The notes: generated from the letters alone by a model not told the origin. A DNA stretch of 63,150 nt, filler included, from Octopus bimaculoides (GCF_001194135.2; 5 parts of 4 records of this genome joined end to end with filler, not necessarily neighbours in it), one strand, 5' to 3'; shown: positions 1 to 11,735, counted from the whole stretch's first letter. Made by a program: numbers and translations.

Positions 1-60
1 TTATCTTTGCAATTTCGGCTGGTTATTCTCAATATTGCTCCAATCTGGACATATATATAC

Positions 61-115
<55 letters not shown>

Positions 116-116
<1 letters not shown>

Positions 117-290
117 GAGAATTCATGAAAAAACAACACAAAGACAGGTGGTGAAACAACAACTGGATGTATTAGTATAACGCTCAGGAATAGAGAAAGT
201 CTTTAACGTTTCGAGCCTACACTCTTCAACAGAAAGAAATAAGGAAACAAGGAGAGAGAAAAATATGTGTAGTGGTCAGCGATCAACAAA
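116..290 (-). mobile_element. Penelope pseudo-LTR-like short repeat carrying a minimal hammerhead motif
   Basis: Reverse complement aligns with 56235-56425 (+): both have tctttctgttgaagag..gctcgaaacgt.aaagactttc..tattcc.gagcgt.atactaata...caccacctgtc. Flanked by a (TA)n tract. Confidence 0.65.
200..237 (-). ncRNA. Minimal type I hammerhead ribozyme-like motif, variant core CUGUUGA
   Basis: Minus strand reads TCTTT-CTGTTGA-A-GAGT(GTAG)GCTC-GAAA-CG-TT-AAAGA. Stem I is TCTTT/AAAGA, stem II is 4 bp, stem III is the palindrome AACGTT, and the cleavage triplet is GUU. Confidence 0.6.
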
Positions 291-363
291 AGAATGAATG
301 AGACCTCGATATTATGTAAAATAGAGGAATTTATTTATAAATATATGTGACAATTAGGTGGTT

Positions 364-432
364 GTCATAATAAAACTCAGTTTCAGATGCCGAGGCTGAA
401 GTCTGCTCTGGCATCTCATCAGTTATTAAGAC
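364..432 (-). ncRNA. Type I hammerhead ribozyme-like motif, canonical core CUGAUGA
   Basis: Minus strand reads gtc-t-TAATAA-CTGATGA-GATGCC...GGCATC-T-GAAA-C(TGA)G-TT-TTATTA-t-gac. Stems I, II and III all pair; triplet GUU. Confidence 0.7.
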
Positions 433-469
433 AAACGCTATGAAAAAAAACCATTGAATAAAAGGAAAT

Positions 470-1300
470 TACTCCAATAGGCGTGTGGAAAGTAATTCTT
501 CATTCATAGAATCCGCATATGCACACATATATACACACACATACATGTACACACACACACACACGTATGTATATATATCTATATACATACTCGCATGCAT
601 GTACATATACATTACAAACACATATATATACATATATATGTCTATGCATACACGCACATACACATGCATATATATCCATGCACACATCACTACTCTCATA
701 TACACATCTCTACACGCACACACATACATATGCGGATATACAAAATGTAATTTATATGCACATGCATATACATATGCAGAAAAGCGTATATACAAATAAA
801 AACACATACGCAAAAATACACGCATCATTATATTAATATACACATCACTATACGCACATACACACATGCGGATATACAAAACGTAGTCTATATGCACATG
901 CACATACATATGCGGATAGATGTATATACAGATAGAAACACATATGCAAAAAACATAAACCATAAAACATTCACATTCGCCACAAAACTTGAATATACAA
1001 ATGCATTATATACGTATATACACAAATACACCCTTCTGTCTGTCAAGCACATCTACACCTGCAGATATATAAACGTATATACATACATATATGTATGAAG
1101 GAAGGAGACAAGAACAACAGGTAGAGTCTTGCACTCGTATATATACCATCATTTGTACACATGTATATATGCACGCACATACACATTAGGTATATACTAC
1201 ACACATATAAGTTAAACAATTATAAAGCGTGAAAAATAATATACAGAAAAAATATATAAAGCAATAAAATATATATAAGAAATATATAAGAGACATTAAG
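470..1300. repeat. Degenerate (TA)n/(CA)n low-complexity tract
   Basis: Alternating purine-pyrimidine microsatellite mosaic; the Y/I/H/T/C/V-rich ORFs here are artefacts of it. Confidence 0.9.
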
Positions 1301-1329
1301 ACATACAGAAGGCATCATATAAAAAGCAG

Positions 1330-1600
1330 GTTCTATCTGTGATCTTGGGGGTTCCAAAAATGTATCAAATGTTTTGCCATATGTGGACATGACCCCAAAA
1401 GTTCAGACATGTAGCAGGGTGTAAAGAACTTTTCCATATAAACCATCTATCCATATCACAAAGACCGCACTTTCCCCTGCCATTGGTATAAGGTTTACAC
1501 TTGACCAAGATCTTCCAGTGGATCTTACAGCTGACACCTTTTTCTTTTAAGGACCATATATAACTGGATAATTTGGTTGTTTTCCTTTTTTCCTCCATCT
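1330..1600 (-). pseudogene. C-terminal fragment of a Penelope-like GIY-YIG endonuclease
   Basis: TTKLSSYIWSLKEKGVSCKIHWKILVKCKPYTNGRGKCGLC aligns with the GIY-YIG C-terminus at 62570-62700 (STGLSSYI*ELKDKGINFNLHWKILASAPAYNNKNRKCLLC). Truncated where the CR1-like LINE begins. Confidence 0.75.
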
Positions 1601-2515
1601 GCAGCAGGAGTTGGACTCAATTTATAGATGGGCCGACAATAATAATATGCAGTTTAATGCTGAAAAATTCCAAGCACTGCACTACCAGTGTCCAAAACTG
1701 AATATGAAACTTACAGGGTACACTGGTCCACAGGGAATTACAATCCCAGAGCCTAAATCAGTAAGGGACCTGGGTATCGACATGAGTGATGATACCTCTT
1801 TCCAAGTGCACATTACCAGAATGATGACAAAGTGCAAACGACTGGCTGGATAGATCCTGCGAACATTCAGAACCAGAGATAAGGAAACCATGATGGTCTT
1901 CTGGAGGACATTCATCCTAAGCCACCTAGATTACTGCTACCAGCTATGGTCACCCACCAGTATGAAATTAACAGCAGACCTTGAAGCAATTCAGCAAAGC
2001 TTCACAAAGATCGTCTCATTGCAATAGCTCAGTTACTGGGAAAGGCTGAAACAGCTAAGACTCTACTCCCTGGAGTGAAGGAGGGAGAGGTATGCAGTAA
2101 TATACATCTGGAAGATCCTGGAAGGAATTGTACCAAATTTTGGCATTGAAAACTACAGCAATGCCAGAATGGGTCAACACTGTATAGTGCCAAAGATCCC
2201 AGCATTGCCATTGCACTTCAGGACCAGTAACTGCAATAGCCTGGGTTTCAGGGGCCCTCAGCTTTTTAATATTCTCCCAAAGAGCCTGAGGAACCTGCAC
2301 AAAGTAGATGTAGGCGGTTTTAAATCAAGGTTGGACCTCTTCCTGTTGAGAGTCCTAGATGAACCTACCTCAATGGAAGAGTTGCAAATGAGGATAGCTA
2401 CATCAAACTCCATTCTTCACCAAGTGCCACATATTGGAGGAGGTTCTCAGTAATAACAGTGTAGCAAAACAGTGGTGCATCAGCGTAGCCACAGCTCTGA
2501 GCTGAAACTACAAAA
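1600..2515 (+). mobile_element. 5'-truncated CR1/L2-type LINE (RT C-terminus and 3' UTR), pseudogenised
   Basis: WADNNNMQFNAEKF...VRDLGIDMSDDTSF...LDYCYQLWSP...SYWERLKQLRLYSLE*RRERY...GPQLFNILPKSLR...FKSRLD, with in-frame stops. Ends in a stem-loop at 2474-2508 and an A/TA tail. Confidence 0.85.
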
Positions 2516-2750
2516 AATATATATATATATTTATATATAGGTTATGAGAGGTAATGGTGTCAAGAAGACCCAAAGGTATCAGGTAATGCTGAGTATGTGC
2601 TATGGACAGACTATAGTTAAGTCCAGGTTCGGTGATTATGTGAACGAGGAGTCCAACATAGGTTATACATTAGCGTGCATATATATAAAAAATTAACAGA
2701 ATGAGATAAAAATTCAAGGCTGTGAAAGATTTCAGAACATTTATAAAGAG

Positions 2751-2798
2751 GTCTTACAGCTCTTTCCGAGATATTTTATATATCCCTTCATCGGAGAC
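2751..2798 (-). ncRNA. Hammerhead-like motif, variant core CCGAUGA, partly decayed
   Basis: Minus strand reads GTCT-CCGATGA-A-GGGATAT(ataaa)ATATCTC-G-GAAA-G(AGCT)G-TA-AGAC. Stems I and II pair; stem III has a G.G mismatch; triplet GUA. Confidence 0.5.
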
Positions 2799-3279
2799 AG
2801 TGCGAGAAAAAGGTTAAGCAGTAGTTATTCTGAAGAAGATATGAAATAGAGAGTGAAGTGGAGGAATGAAAACACATGTGAGATATGCAGGGATATTGTA
2901 TCTTCACTTCCATTATTTAAGCAGAATGGTATACATATAAGTTTCCTGTGCCTTGTGTGTAAGTTCCAATAGTATTTAAAATTGGTCATTCGAGGATTTT
3001 TTTGAAATGACTTAAAAGTTGGGAATGTGTTTGTAAGGTCAAATCAAAAACAGGAAGAGAGGGAAAAAAAGAGAGAAAAGAGAAAAGCGGGGAGGGAGAT
3101 AATAAAGAAATGAAGAGAGGGAGAGTGTACTGGATAGTGGTCAGCCAGGATAAACTGATAGGGAAGGGGAGGTGAGGGTGAGATAGAGAAATATATGAGT
3201 TTGTAAAGAGATGATAGAGTAAAGAGTAAAGGAGTGTGAGGTATGTAGTGATATAGCCTAAGGCTATATCACTACTATG

Positions 3280-3420
3280 CGGGTATTCTATTTCAGATAA
3301 TACAAAAATGACCTAATGAGTAAACTCATGGTATCAGTTTGCACATCACGAAATAATACTTAAAGGATATAACCAAAATTTCCAGCAGGGTATATAATAT
3401 ACTTTGTTAATTATATACTA
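3280..3420 (+). repeat. Dispersed repeat; inverted copy at 12645-12790
   Basis: atttcagataatacaaaaa...ctaatgagt...aaactcatggtatcagtttgcacatcac.aaataatacttaaaggatataaccaaaatttccagca.ggtatataatatactt occurs as a reverse complement at about 12650-12785. Confidence 0.85.
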
Positions 3421-3917
3421 CTTTAGTTAATACTTATATCTTCATATATTTATTTTTTTTAAATTATTGTATTATTTTTGTTAATTATTTATATAGTCTA
3501 TTCAAGTGCTTTAGAAATGAAATTATGTGGTTATTTGATTCAGGGGTTGGGGGTTCAGTACTTCATTTTACCCTAGTTCCCTGCTATCTTCTTCCTCAAA
3601 TCACCATTTTGGCTCACATTCTTATGTGTTAATTTGCTTGTGTCTACTGTGAAGGTTAGTTGTTAAACTGTTGCTGCTTATTGCTACAATGTGCTTGTTA
3701 GTTTCCTGTAAGGGAAACGTTGTTAAAATTCTTGTCTGCATTTACATTGTGAACTGTTATCCTCTCCCAAAGGGGAAGGATATATAAATTGTGTTACTGC
3801 TTGCAGTTTGAATCATGTCCAACTTTTGAAAAAAAATTTTGTATTTTTGAATATTAAAAAAAAAATATTATCAAAAAAAATGTGTTCCACAGAAGAACAG
3901 AACAGAACAGAAAAGGA

Positions 3918-5417
3918 ATGAATTTTGCCGCCGCTGTTGATGGGCATGAGACTATCACACTAACAATGGAAGCCATACGAGCCTATTATAGCATGATAAC
4001 TGAAGAAAATGGTGTGAGTAAGATAACTCCACTAAGTGAGATACGAAACAAAACCAAAGAGAAGACAATCATTTACAAATCATATGACACAGAAAAGAAA
4101 AGGTAAGGTTAGAATTTTTTGAAGCAAGTACAATTGAAAAGTGTCTCAGGCTGGTGATGAATGAGATAAAGTACCTAGCCCGAGGCACAAGATACGCCAC
4201 TATTGAAACAAGGTTTGAATCAATTAAGAAAGCAAGGGAGTTCTTGACTCGAACCTTGCAATGTAGCAACGTCATGCTGCTGCCACTATATCTGGGACAC
4301 AGAACACCCCGGATAAAAATCAAGAACATTCCCCTGGAGGTGGAGGTGGCATGGATCGTTGCCACACTCCTCTGCAAAAGAGAGGACAAGATAAATATAA
4401 TTGAGATCTCCAGAGACACCCCACAGAATTGTCAGGGTCAATCTCTGAAGATCCTGGCACAGGCAACTAGCACGGATTTGGAAGGGCTACCCGAGACACT
4501 TCAAGTAGAGGAGGTGGTATTGGCAGTGCATGTAGAGAGGAGAAGACCCAGGTGCTTGCACTGTGGAAAGAAAGGGCACCTGAGTTCGAAATGCCCAACA
4601 AAAAATAAGGTCAAAGAAGCAGAGGAGGAGAAGGAAGAGACGGCCCCCACCAGTCATGGAGTTTGGAATAGAACGAGCAACCAACTCCACTAATAAAACC
4701 AACCCCAAATGGAAATATGAAGAGGCGGCACCCCCGGCCAAGGAGGCCTTTATGCAGAGGGTGGCCGCCTCTACCAATAGAAATTAATCCAAGACAAAAC
4801 ACAAGGAAGCGGCGCTTCCAGTCAAGGAGGTTGTTACTCAGCAAGTGGCCGCCTCTTCTACTAGTAAAACTGACCCCAAGGGGAAAAATAAAGAGGCGGC
4901 GCCTCCGGCCAAGGAGGCCATTACGCAGCAGGCGACCGCCTCTATCAGTGAGGAACCAGAATCAGTCATGACACCATCTACTGAAAATATAAACTTTCAG
5001 ATGGTGTCACGTAAGAGAACAAGAAAGATAGAGTCTCCTACGAAAACACAGGAAGTGGTTCCAAAAACTAAAATTATAAAAAAGCCTGAACCGAAGGGGA
5101 AAGGCAAAATATTTATGTCAGTGGAAATCAACATTCCGGAAAAAGAAGACACCACGACAATCGCATATAAAAATAATAATAAGTATTTGGACAGGGTCAT
5201 TAGACCTCATGACATTACGACACCATATGTCAATGACAATAAGTTGAGTTTGGTGACGTTGTTGGGAAGAATTTCCCCAAAACTTCTCAAAGAACTCAAA
5301 GATAGGCATCCTAAAGACATAGCTGAGCTGAAGGATCTACCGAAGGTATTTAACTCGTCGGTGGAACCATTTTTGTACAAAAGAGGGGAAGCGGGGAACT
5401 TGTCTCAGAAATACTAA
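3918..5417 (+). pseudogene. ORF1 (gag-like, CCHC zinc knuckle) of Tx1 copy A, frameshifted
   Basis: Segments 3918-4106, 4154-4693 (CLHCGKKGHLSSKC) and about 4700-5417 lie in different frames. Confidence 0.8.
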
Positions 5418-5473
5418 GAACAATCCTCCTAGAAAGATAAGTGAACAGGTAAGATTGAATTTCCTTCTTTTTT

Positions 5474-8400
5474 GTGCCTGACATGGCTATGCTATGTATT
5501 GCTTGTTTAAATGTCCGTGGCCTGGGCTCGAAGAGGAAGCAGACTTGCCTCCTCAACAACCTCAGATCACACAAAATTGGTATTATGGTTGCTACAGAGA
5601 CCAAGCTGGACAAGCTGCAGGCCTTCTCAACTCTCCTGAATGGCTATAAGAAAATCATGTCTCCTAGCCAGGAGGTGGGGAGCAGAGGTGTTGTAGTTTT
5701 GCTCTGGAAAAGCTTGGTGCTGCAGTCACATACGATCTTCGTGGACCCAGAAGGCGAGTTGGTCGTTCTGGACCTAGCATACAGAGGTAAGGCCTTCAGG
5801 CTGGTTGGCATCTACGCACCTGGCACAAAAGGCAAATAGGCAAATGGGATGAGTTCTATTGACACCTGGAGAACTTTCTTGTGATATCAAGGACACTAGG
5901 TGATTTTAACGCTGTTCTGGATGCATGCCTGGATAGCATAGGCTTGAATGTTAGGAAGTGTGACTCATGCTTCGTCGATTTGCTGAAGCGATTTAGGCTG
6001 GCAGATTGATACAGACTTGATAATCCGAGTGTTCCAATGTGGACTTGGTCTAATTACAACGGATCTATCACGTCTTATATAGACAGGAAAATAGTTAATG
6101 CTGGAGATAAGTCTAGTTTAAGTTGTCCGCAGTTTACATATGTACCCTACACGGATCACAAATTAGCAACGTGTAGACTGCATATAGATAAGGTTCATAG
6201 ACAGAGATCTGGCTATTGGAAGTTGAACAAAACCCTATTGAATTGCGAAGCTTACTGTAGCCAGATTAAGGTGTTAGTAACGAGGACACTAACCGGCTCT
6301 GTGATTAACAACCGGTGGTGGAGCGCCCTCAAAAGAGCCATTCGACTCAAGTTGACTAGATTTAGTAAGCAGTTAAGTCTAGAGCAGACTAGAGTAGAAA
6401 GGGAATTAGTTAAGGCATAAGAAGAGGCACTGAGAATGGGCTCTACACTCCAAGTGCTGGCAGTGAGATCAGCTCTGGACCAACACCTCAATGCCAAACA
6501 CGAAGGATGCAGAGTCCGGGCTAAAATATGTGCACTGGGCCGCGAGGGTATCAACGTTGCCGGATGGGCTTGCTCAAAAGAAACCTGACGTGGCGTGGAG
6601 GCCACGATAAAGTCTGTGGTAGATGAGCATGGACAGGAGATCCAAGGACAAAAAGGAATGTGCAAGGCCTTTCACGAGCTCTTTGCCACGTTGTTTGGGA
6701 GGAATGAGGTGCTGGACCATGGGGATGCCTTACGGCATTTCCTGGCCCGTGGCTCACGTCTTTCCGTGCATGAGACTGAGCGCTGTGAAGAGCCAATCAC
6801 AGCCAAGGAGGTTATAGAAGTGCTTTCTGTGTGCCCTGAGGACAAGTCACTGGGATTGGATGGTCTACCTTACGAATTTTATAAAAGCATGCCAGACTTG
6901 TTCGGGAATGTACTGACCAGTGTGTACGTGAATTGGCAGCAGAATGGGAGAATTCCCAAAGCTGTGAGCCGAAGAGTGGTGACACTGATCAGGAAGGACC
7001 TGAACAAGGGGAATAGCATTAATAATTTTTGGCCCATAACTCTGCTAAACAGAGTTAAAGATTTTGGCCAAGGTGTCAGCCAAGAGAGTGAGGATTGTCG
7101 TAGGCGACCTGGTGGGAGATGCGCAGACACTTGCCATCCCAGGAAGGACAATACAGGACAACCTTCACCTCATTCGCTACACCATAGAGTGAGTTGGTAA
7201 AGTTCCTGGCAAAGGTGGGGCACTGGTGAATTTAGACTAGTCTAAGGCATTCAATAAGGTTGACCATCAGTGTCTGGCAGCGGTCCTCCGGGTGGCCTGA
7301 TTGGGCCCGACTTTCTGAAGCTGAATTGAAGCTATGTACTGCAACATCAAATCTGTTGTCTGGGTGAATGGGTCCTTCTTGAATCCCTTTGCGATTGAGT
7401 GTTCAGTTTGCCAGGGCTGCCCCCTGTCCCTGCCGCTGTATGTATTGGCTCTTGAGTCACTGCTGCAGAGGTTGGGGAATATGGGGGCGGACCCGTGTGA
7501 TCTGTGTTATGGTAGAAGTGCGACGGCATATGCAGATGATGTTACCATCATTGTGTCTGATAAAGGGCAGCTACCTCATGTAGAAGACGCCATCAAAGGA
7601 TACGAAGCGGTGGCAGGAGCAAAAATTAACCAGGAGAAATCAGTTGACTTGCAACTCGGCACCTGGTGTGGCAAGTCGATGCCTTCCAACAGCGTCGTCG
7701 GATGCTGGATGGAAGGCCTGGTTAAAATGCTCGGAATCTGGTTTGGACCAGATCTCCAGGTGGAGAAAAACTGAGCAAGGTGACGGCCATAACTCAAACC
7801 TGGTCTGGGAGGACGTTATCCTTGCTAGGAAGGGCTGAGGTCGCACAGGTGTTTATAGCATCTGTGATAACCTACCACCTAACCGTTGTGCCTTGCCCTG
7901 GTTTGTGGATGACCAAGTTGGAATGGATCCTTTTTCACTTTTTGTGGAACTGCTATCAAAAACCGTTAAAGGGTGCACTAGGGTTGCCTTGGTTGATGAT
8001 GCGCAAGTACGCACTGAGGCTGAGACATCTCTGGTGCTACCTGGATGGTGAGCAGGTGTGGTCACTGCATGCCAAGCGACCTTTTTCCACAATTGAGGTC
8101 CCTCAAAGACTTAGGTACATGGAGACCTAAGATGGGAGAATGGCAGATGGAGTGCAGACAAGCACTCACTCTCTTCTCTCAAGTGAGCAATACTGGCAGC
8201 GGAGCTACCACTACGGATTTTTATAGAGGGTTGGTAGAGCATAAGTCCGACAATGTCCTGGGGGAAGACTCTGGGCTCCAAAGAGGAGCAAATAACCAAC
8301 CTGTTCAGAAGTACATTTGGGCCAATGTATCTGGATAACTTCCAGAAATCCTTGGCCTGGTTGTGCTACTTTTCGGCCTTACTGGTTCGAGAGAGGTTGT

Positions 8401-8800
8401 CTAGACACGGTATTGACACCTCCCCCGCATGTCCGAGGTGCGGGTGTGCCAGTGAAACTGTCATGTGCACCTTCATACACTGTTAGGAGTTGAGGAAGTT
8501 GATAACCTATATCGAACAACGATGTTGGATGCAGAAAGAGTATGGCTCTTGACTGAGTCCATAACTAAGATCGTACCGCCTTTTTCCTTCAACAAGGAAA
8601 AGAAGGCATAATTTTTCTGCGTAGTAGCCATACTGAAGGAAACAGTATGGATGACATGCGAAAGGGATTGTAACAAGTCACTTCATCACCAGACATGGGT
8701 TGGTAAGCTATTTTAATTTCCACCTGTCGGGAAAGATCTGCCTGGAGAAAAAGTGCTTGTTGTAAAGTATGTTCGAGAAAAGGTGGATGTCTGTGGTAAG
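5474..8800 (+). pseudogene. ORF2 (APE endonuclease + reverse transcriptase + CxxC) of Tx1 copy A, disrupted
   Basis: ORF pieces 5474-5839, 6037-6420, 6595-7200, 7334-7774, 7780-8130 and 8253-8486 carry the EN and RT motifs in the expected order. Confidence 0.9.
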
Positions 8801-9071
8801 GAAGTTGAGAATGAATGGGGCCATGCTAGCATAGCAAGTCAGGACGAAAAGATGGAAAAAACCAAAGTAAAACACTGGCTGTTAAGTAAGGAAAAAACCC
8901 AGAACGTTATTTTATTAAGTCTTTATTTTTATTTGTATATATTTATATATTCATCTTTTCATTTGATTTTTTTCGATTTTTTTCATTTATCTCAACCCAA
9001 AATATTTTATAAGAATGTAAGTGTTCATGTTCATCCCTTGTAATGTCCCTCTATGTACACCTTTATAGGTA

Positions 9072-10738
9072 ACTAGCAGAGATACCCGGTGTTGCCCATG
9101 TTATATGCAATGGAAGAATTAGACTTTTCTGTTATATTTTCTGTAATGAACTGGAATATCTATGATTCGAATTTCATCAAAATTGCAGATGGGGGTTCTT
9201 TCCCTCTTTACACACCGTAAAAAAATTGTAATCAAAACATGTATCCCATATTACTGATTTTTATGCGCAGATTTCAAAATTCCAGTCTTATAGAACCTGT
9301 TAAAAGTATTTTGCTCCTGAAAAATGGAGGTCATGGAGCTCTAAAATGTGGGAGTTAAGGCCCCTATTGGGGGTGGGTGTCTTAATGTCAGCCAAAGAAG
9401 TTGAATTGTTGAGAATCTTTTTGACTTGGGTGTTCGAATTTCTTTGAAATAGGAAATATATGTATGTTCACTGGGTTTGTAAAAGAGAGCAAAGCTACAG
9501 GAAACCAAAAGACGAATGATCACAATAAGCAGTCAGCTACCCTACCTAGTCATTACTACTCCCCAATGTAGAATTCCTCACCATACAGGTGACAGGCACA
9601 GCCGTAAGATGCATTACGGATCTATAGCAATTGGAAGGGTGTGACCCAACTGAAATAAACATTAACAACTGTGTGACATGAGGGCTAAGGGGAAATGAAA
9701 GTGTCACCTCTGGAGTTTGTAACTGACCACTATATGGATAGGTAACTGGACAGAATAACTTTACAATCTATAAATGTCTTTGAATAACCAGTCACTCATC
9801 TGGGAAGGCCTTGAAATCAATGTTACCACCTGGGGACTATGTGTGACCCAGTGATAATAAAAAGACTGCAAGGAGGTCTGCAAGGAAATAACTTTACTCA
9901 ACACTTAGCAACTGAATCAGTGGAGGCAAGGATGCCTCTCATTTACTTGACAATTTATGCACCACATTGCAGAAATCACAATGTAAGTATATCTGAATGC
10001 AAAGTCTTACACTGTTGTACCATTGAATTACAAATAATGCTCATCTTTTGCGCTCAGGTGACCCTACAGCTTCCAGGAGTACAACTGTATTCGTCTTTGC
10101 TTAGATAAAATTGTGGGTGTTAAGTCTCCATGAAGAGGTCTTTGTAACTTCTAAGAAGATGAAATTTTAGAAATATTACTTCATGTGTGTAATATGTATG
10201 GTTAAAATTTCATCAATAGCAAAAGTATATGAATTTTCATGGGGGTTATGGCCCTTATGCATAGAATATAATTACCAAATTTCATAAAGATCCATTCAGT
10301 ACTTTTGACATAGTTTTGGATCATAAAAAATGACTAAAATTTGGAAGTTAAAGCCCCCATTAGGGGGTCTTAGAGTCCTCATGAGAAGTGGAAAGTTTGA
10401 GAATACATCTTGATGTGTGTCAATTACCCATGGTTGAAATTTCATCAACATTGAAAATTTATGAATTTTCATGGGGGTTCCTCCCCCTTTAAGCCATCTC
10501 AAATTCAAACCAAACATACTGCATTATTCCTGCCCTTATGCATTGAATCTAAGTTCCAAATATCATAAGGATCCATTTAGTAATTTTGGTCCATGAAATT
10601 GTATGAAACACACAGCATTACCCTTCTCCCTAGGCTTGGATTTTGTGTTCCAAATTTCATTAGGATCGGTGCAGTAGTTTACAAATATATAAGTAACACA
10701 CGAACACACACAAAGACATTGACTTTTATATAATAGAT
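9072..10738 (+). mobile_element. Non-autonomous Helitron/Helentron-like element with internal subrepeats
   Basis: Starts ACTAGCAGAGATACCCGGTGTTGCCC and ends ...cacacaaagacattgacttttatataatagat. Repeated aaatttcat..ggatc and gaattttcatggggg motifs. The terminal pattern is recalled from non-autonomous Helitron families, not searched. Confidence 0.5.
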
Positions 10739-10779
10739 ATGAATATACACGTATACCTATATGTATGTGTGTGTGTGTG

Positions 10780-10846
<67 letters not shown>

Positions 10847-10923
10847 AAGATAGATTGATAGATACAACTGAGTGGGCAAAGGAAAATATGAGACACTCCC
10901 TGGTACTTTTTTTTTATTTTGAT

Positions 10924-11235
10924 AAGCCTGGTACTTATCCTATCAGTTTCTTATTGTGAAACCAGTAAGTTATGGGGATGTAAATAAACGAACAGCAGTT
11001 GTGAAGCAGTGATGAGGGAGAAACACAGAGACAAAGACACACACATACACTTACATATATACATATATATATATACAATTGATTTCTTTCAGTTTCTGTC
11101 TACAAAATCCACTCACAAGGCTTTGGTTGGTCTGAGGGTATAGGAGAAGAAACATGCCAAGTCACCACACAGTGGGACTTAACCCAGGACCATGTATTTT
11201 GGAACCAAGTTTCTTACCACACAGCCACACCTGCA
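10924..11235 (-). mobile_element. tRNA-derived SINE family 1 (degenerate, tail missing)
   Basis: Aligns with the copies at 12131 and 51998 (caaaatccactcacaaggctttggt...accacacagccac). Confidence 0.8.
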
Positions 11236-11239
11236 CATA

Positions 11240-11273
<34 letters not shown>

Positions 11274-11564
11274 AGTGTATATATGTATGCATGTAAATAT
11301 ATGTGTACATATTACATGTACAACTATATATATACATGTACATCTATATATAGACATGTACACATACATGTATACATATACATCTATATATATACATCTA
11401 TACATATACAGCTATACATATACATGTATACATATACATCTAATATATATAGATGTATATATATACATGTATATGTATATATACATGTATATGTATATAT
11501 ACATATACATGTATATGTATATATATATACATCTATATATATATACATTTGTGCAGATGTCATC

Positions 11565-11735
11565 ATCATCATCGTCATTTAACGTCTACTTTCCTTGCTA
11601 GCATGGGTTGGACGATTTGACTGAGGACTGGCAAACCGGATGGCTGCACCAGGCTCCAATCTGATCTGGCAGAGTTTCTACAGCTGGATGCCCTTCCTAA
11701 CGCCAACCACTCTGAGTGTGTAGTGGGTGCTTTTA
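11565..11735 (-). mobile_element. RTE-tail-derived short element with (CAT)n tail
   Basis: catcatcatc..tttaacgtctactttccttgctagcatgggttggacg resembles an RTE-type 3' end read on the minus strand. Confidence 0.55.

Larger units (their letters stand above)
3700..9060 (+). mobile_element. Near full-length Tx1/L1-clade non-LTR retrotransposon (copy A), inactivated
   Basis: ORF1 remnants with a CCHC knuckle. ORF2 has APE endonuclease (ACLNVRGL...ATETKL...GDFN...SYIDR...TDH), RT (PITLLN...QGCPLS...YADD...LGIWF) and C-terminal CPRC. Many stops and frameshifts. Confidence 0.92.

Noticed and set aside
469-1098. Long ORFs rich in Y/I/H/T/C/V here and at 11154-11601, 36416-36933, 43530-44037, 51533-51834 and 58081-58886
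   Set aside because: They are translations of (TA)n/(CA)n microsatellites.
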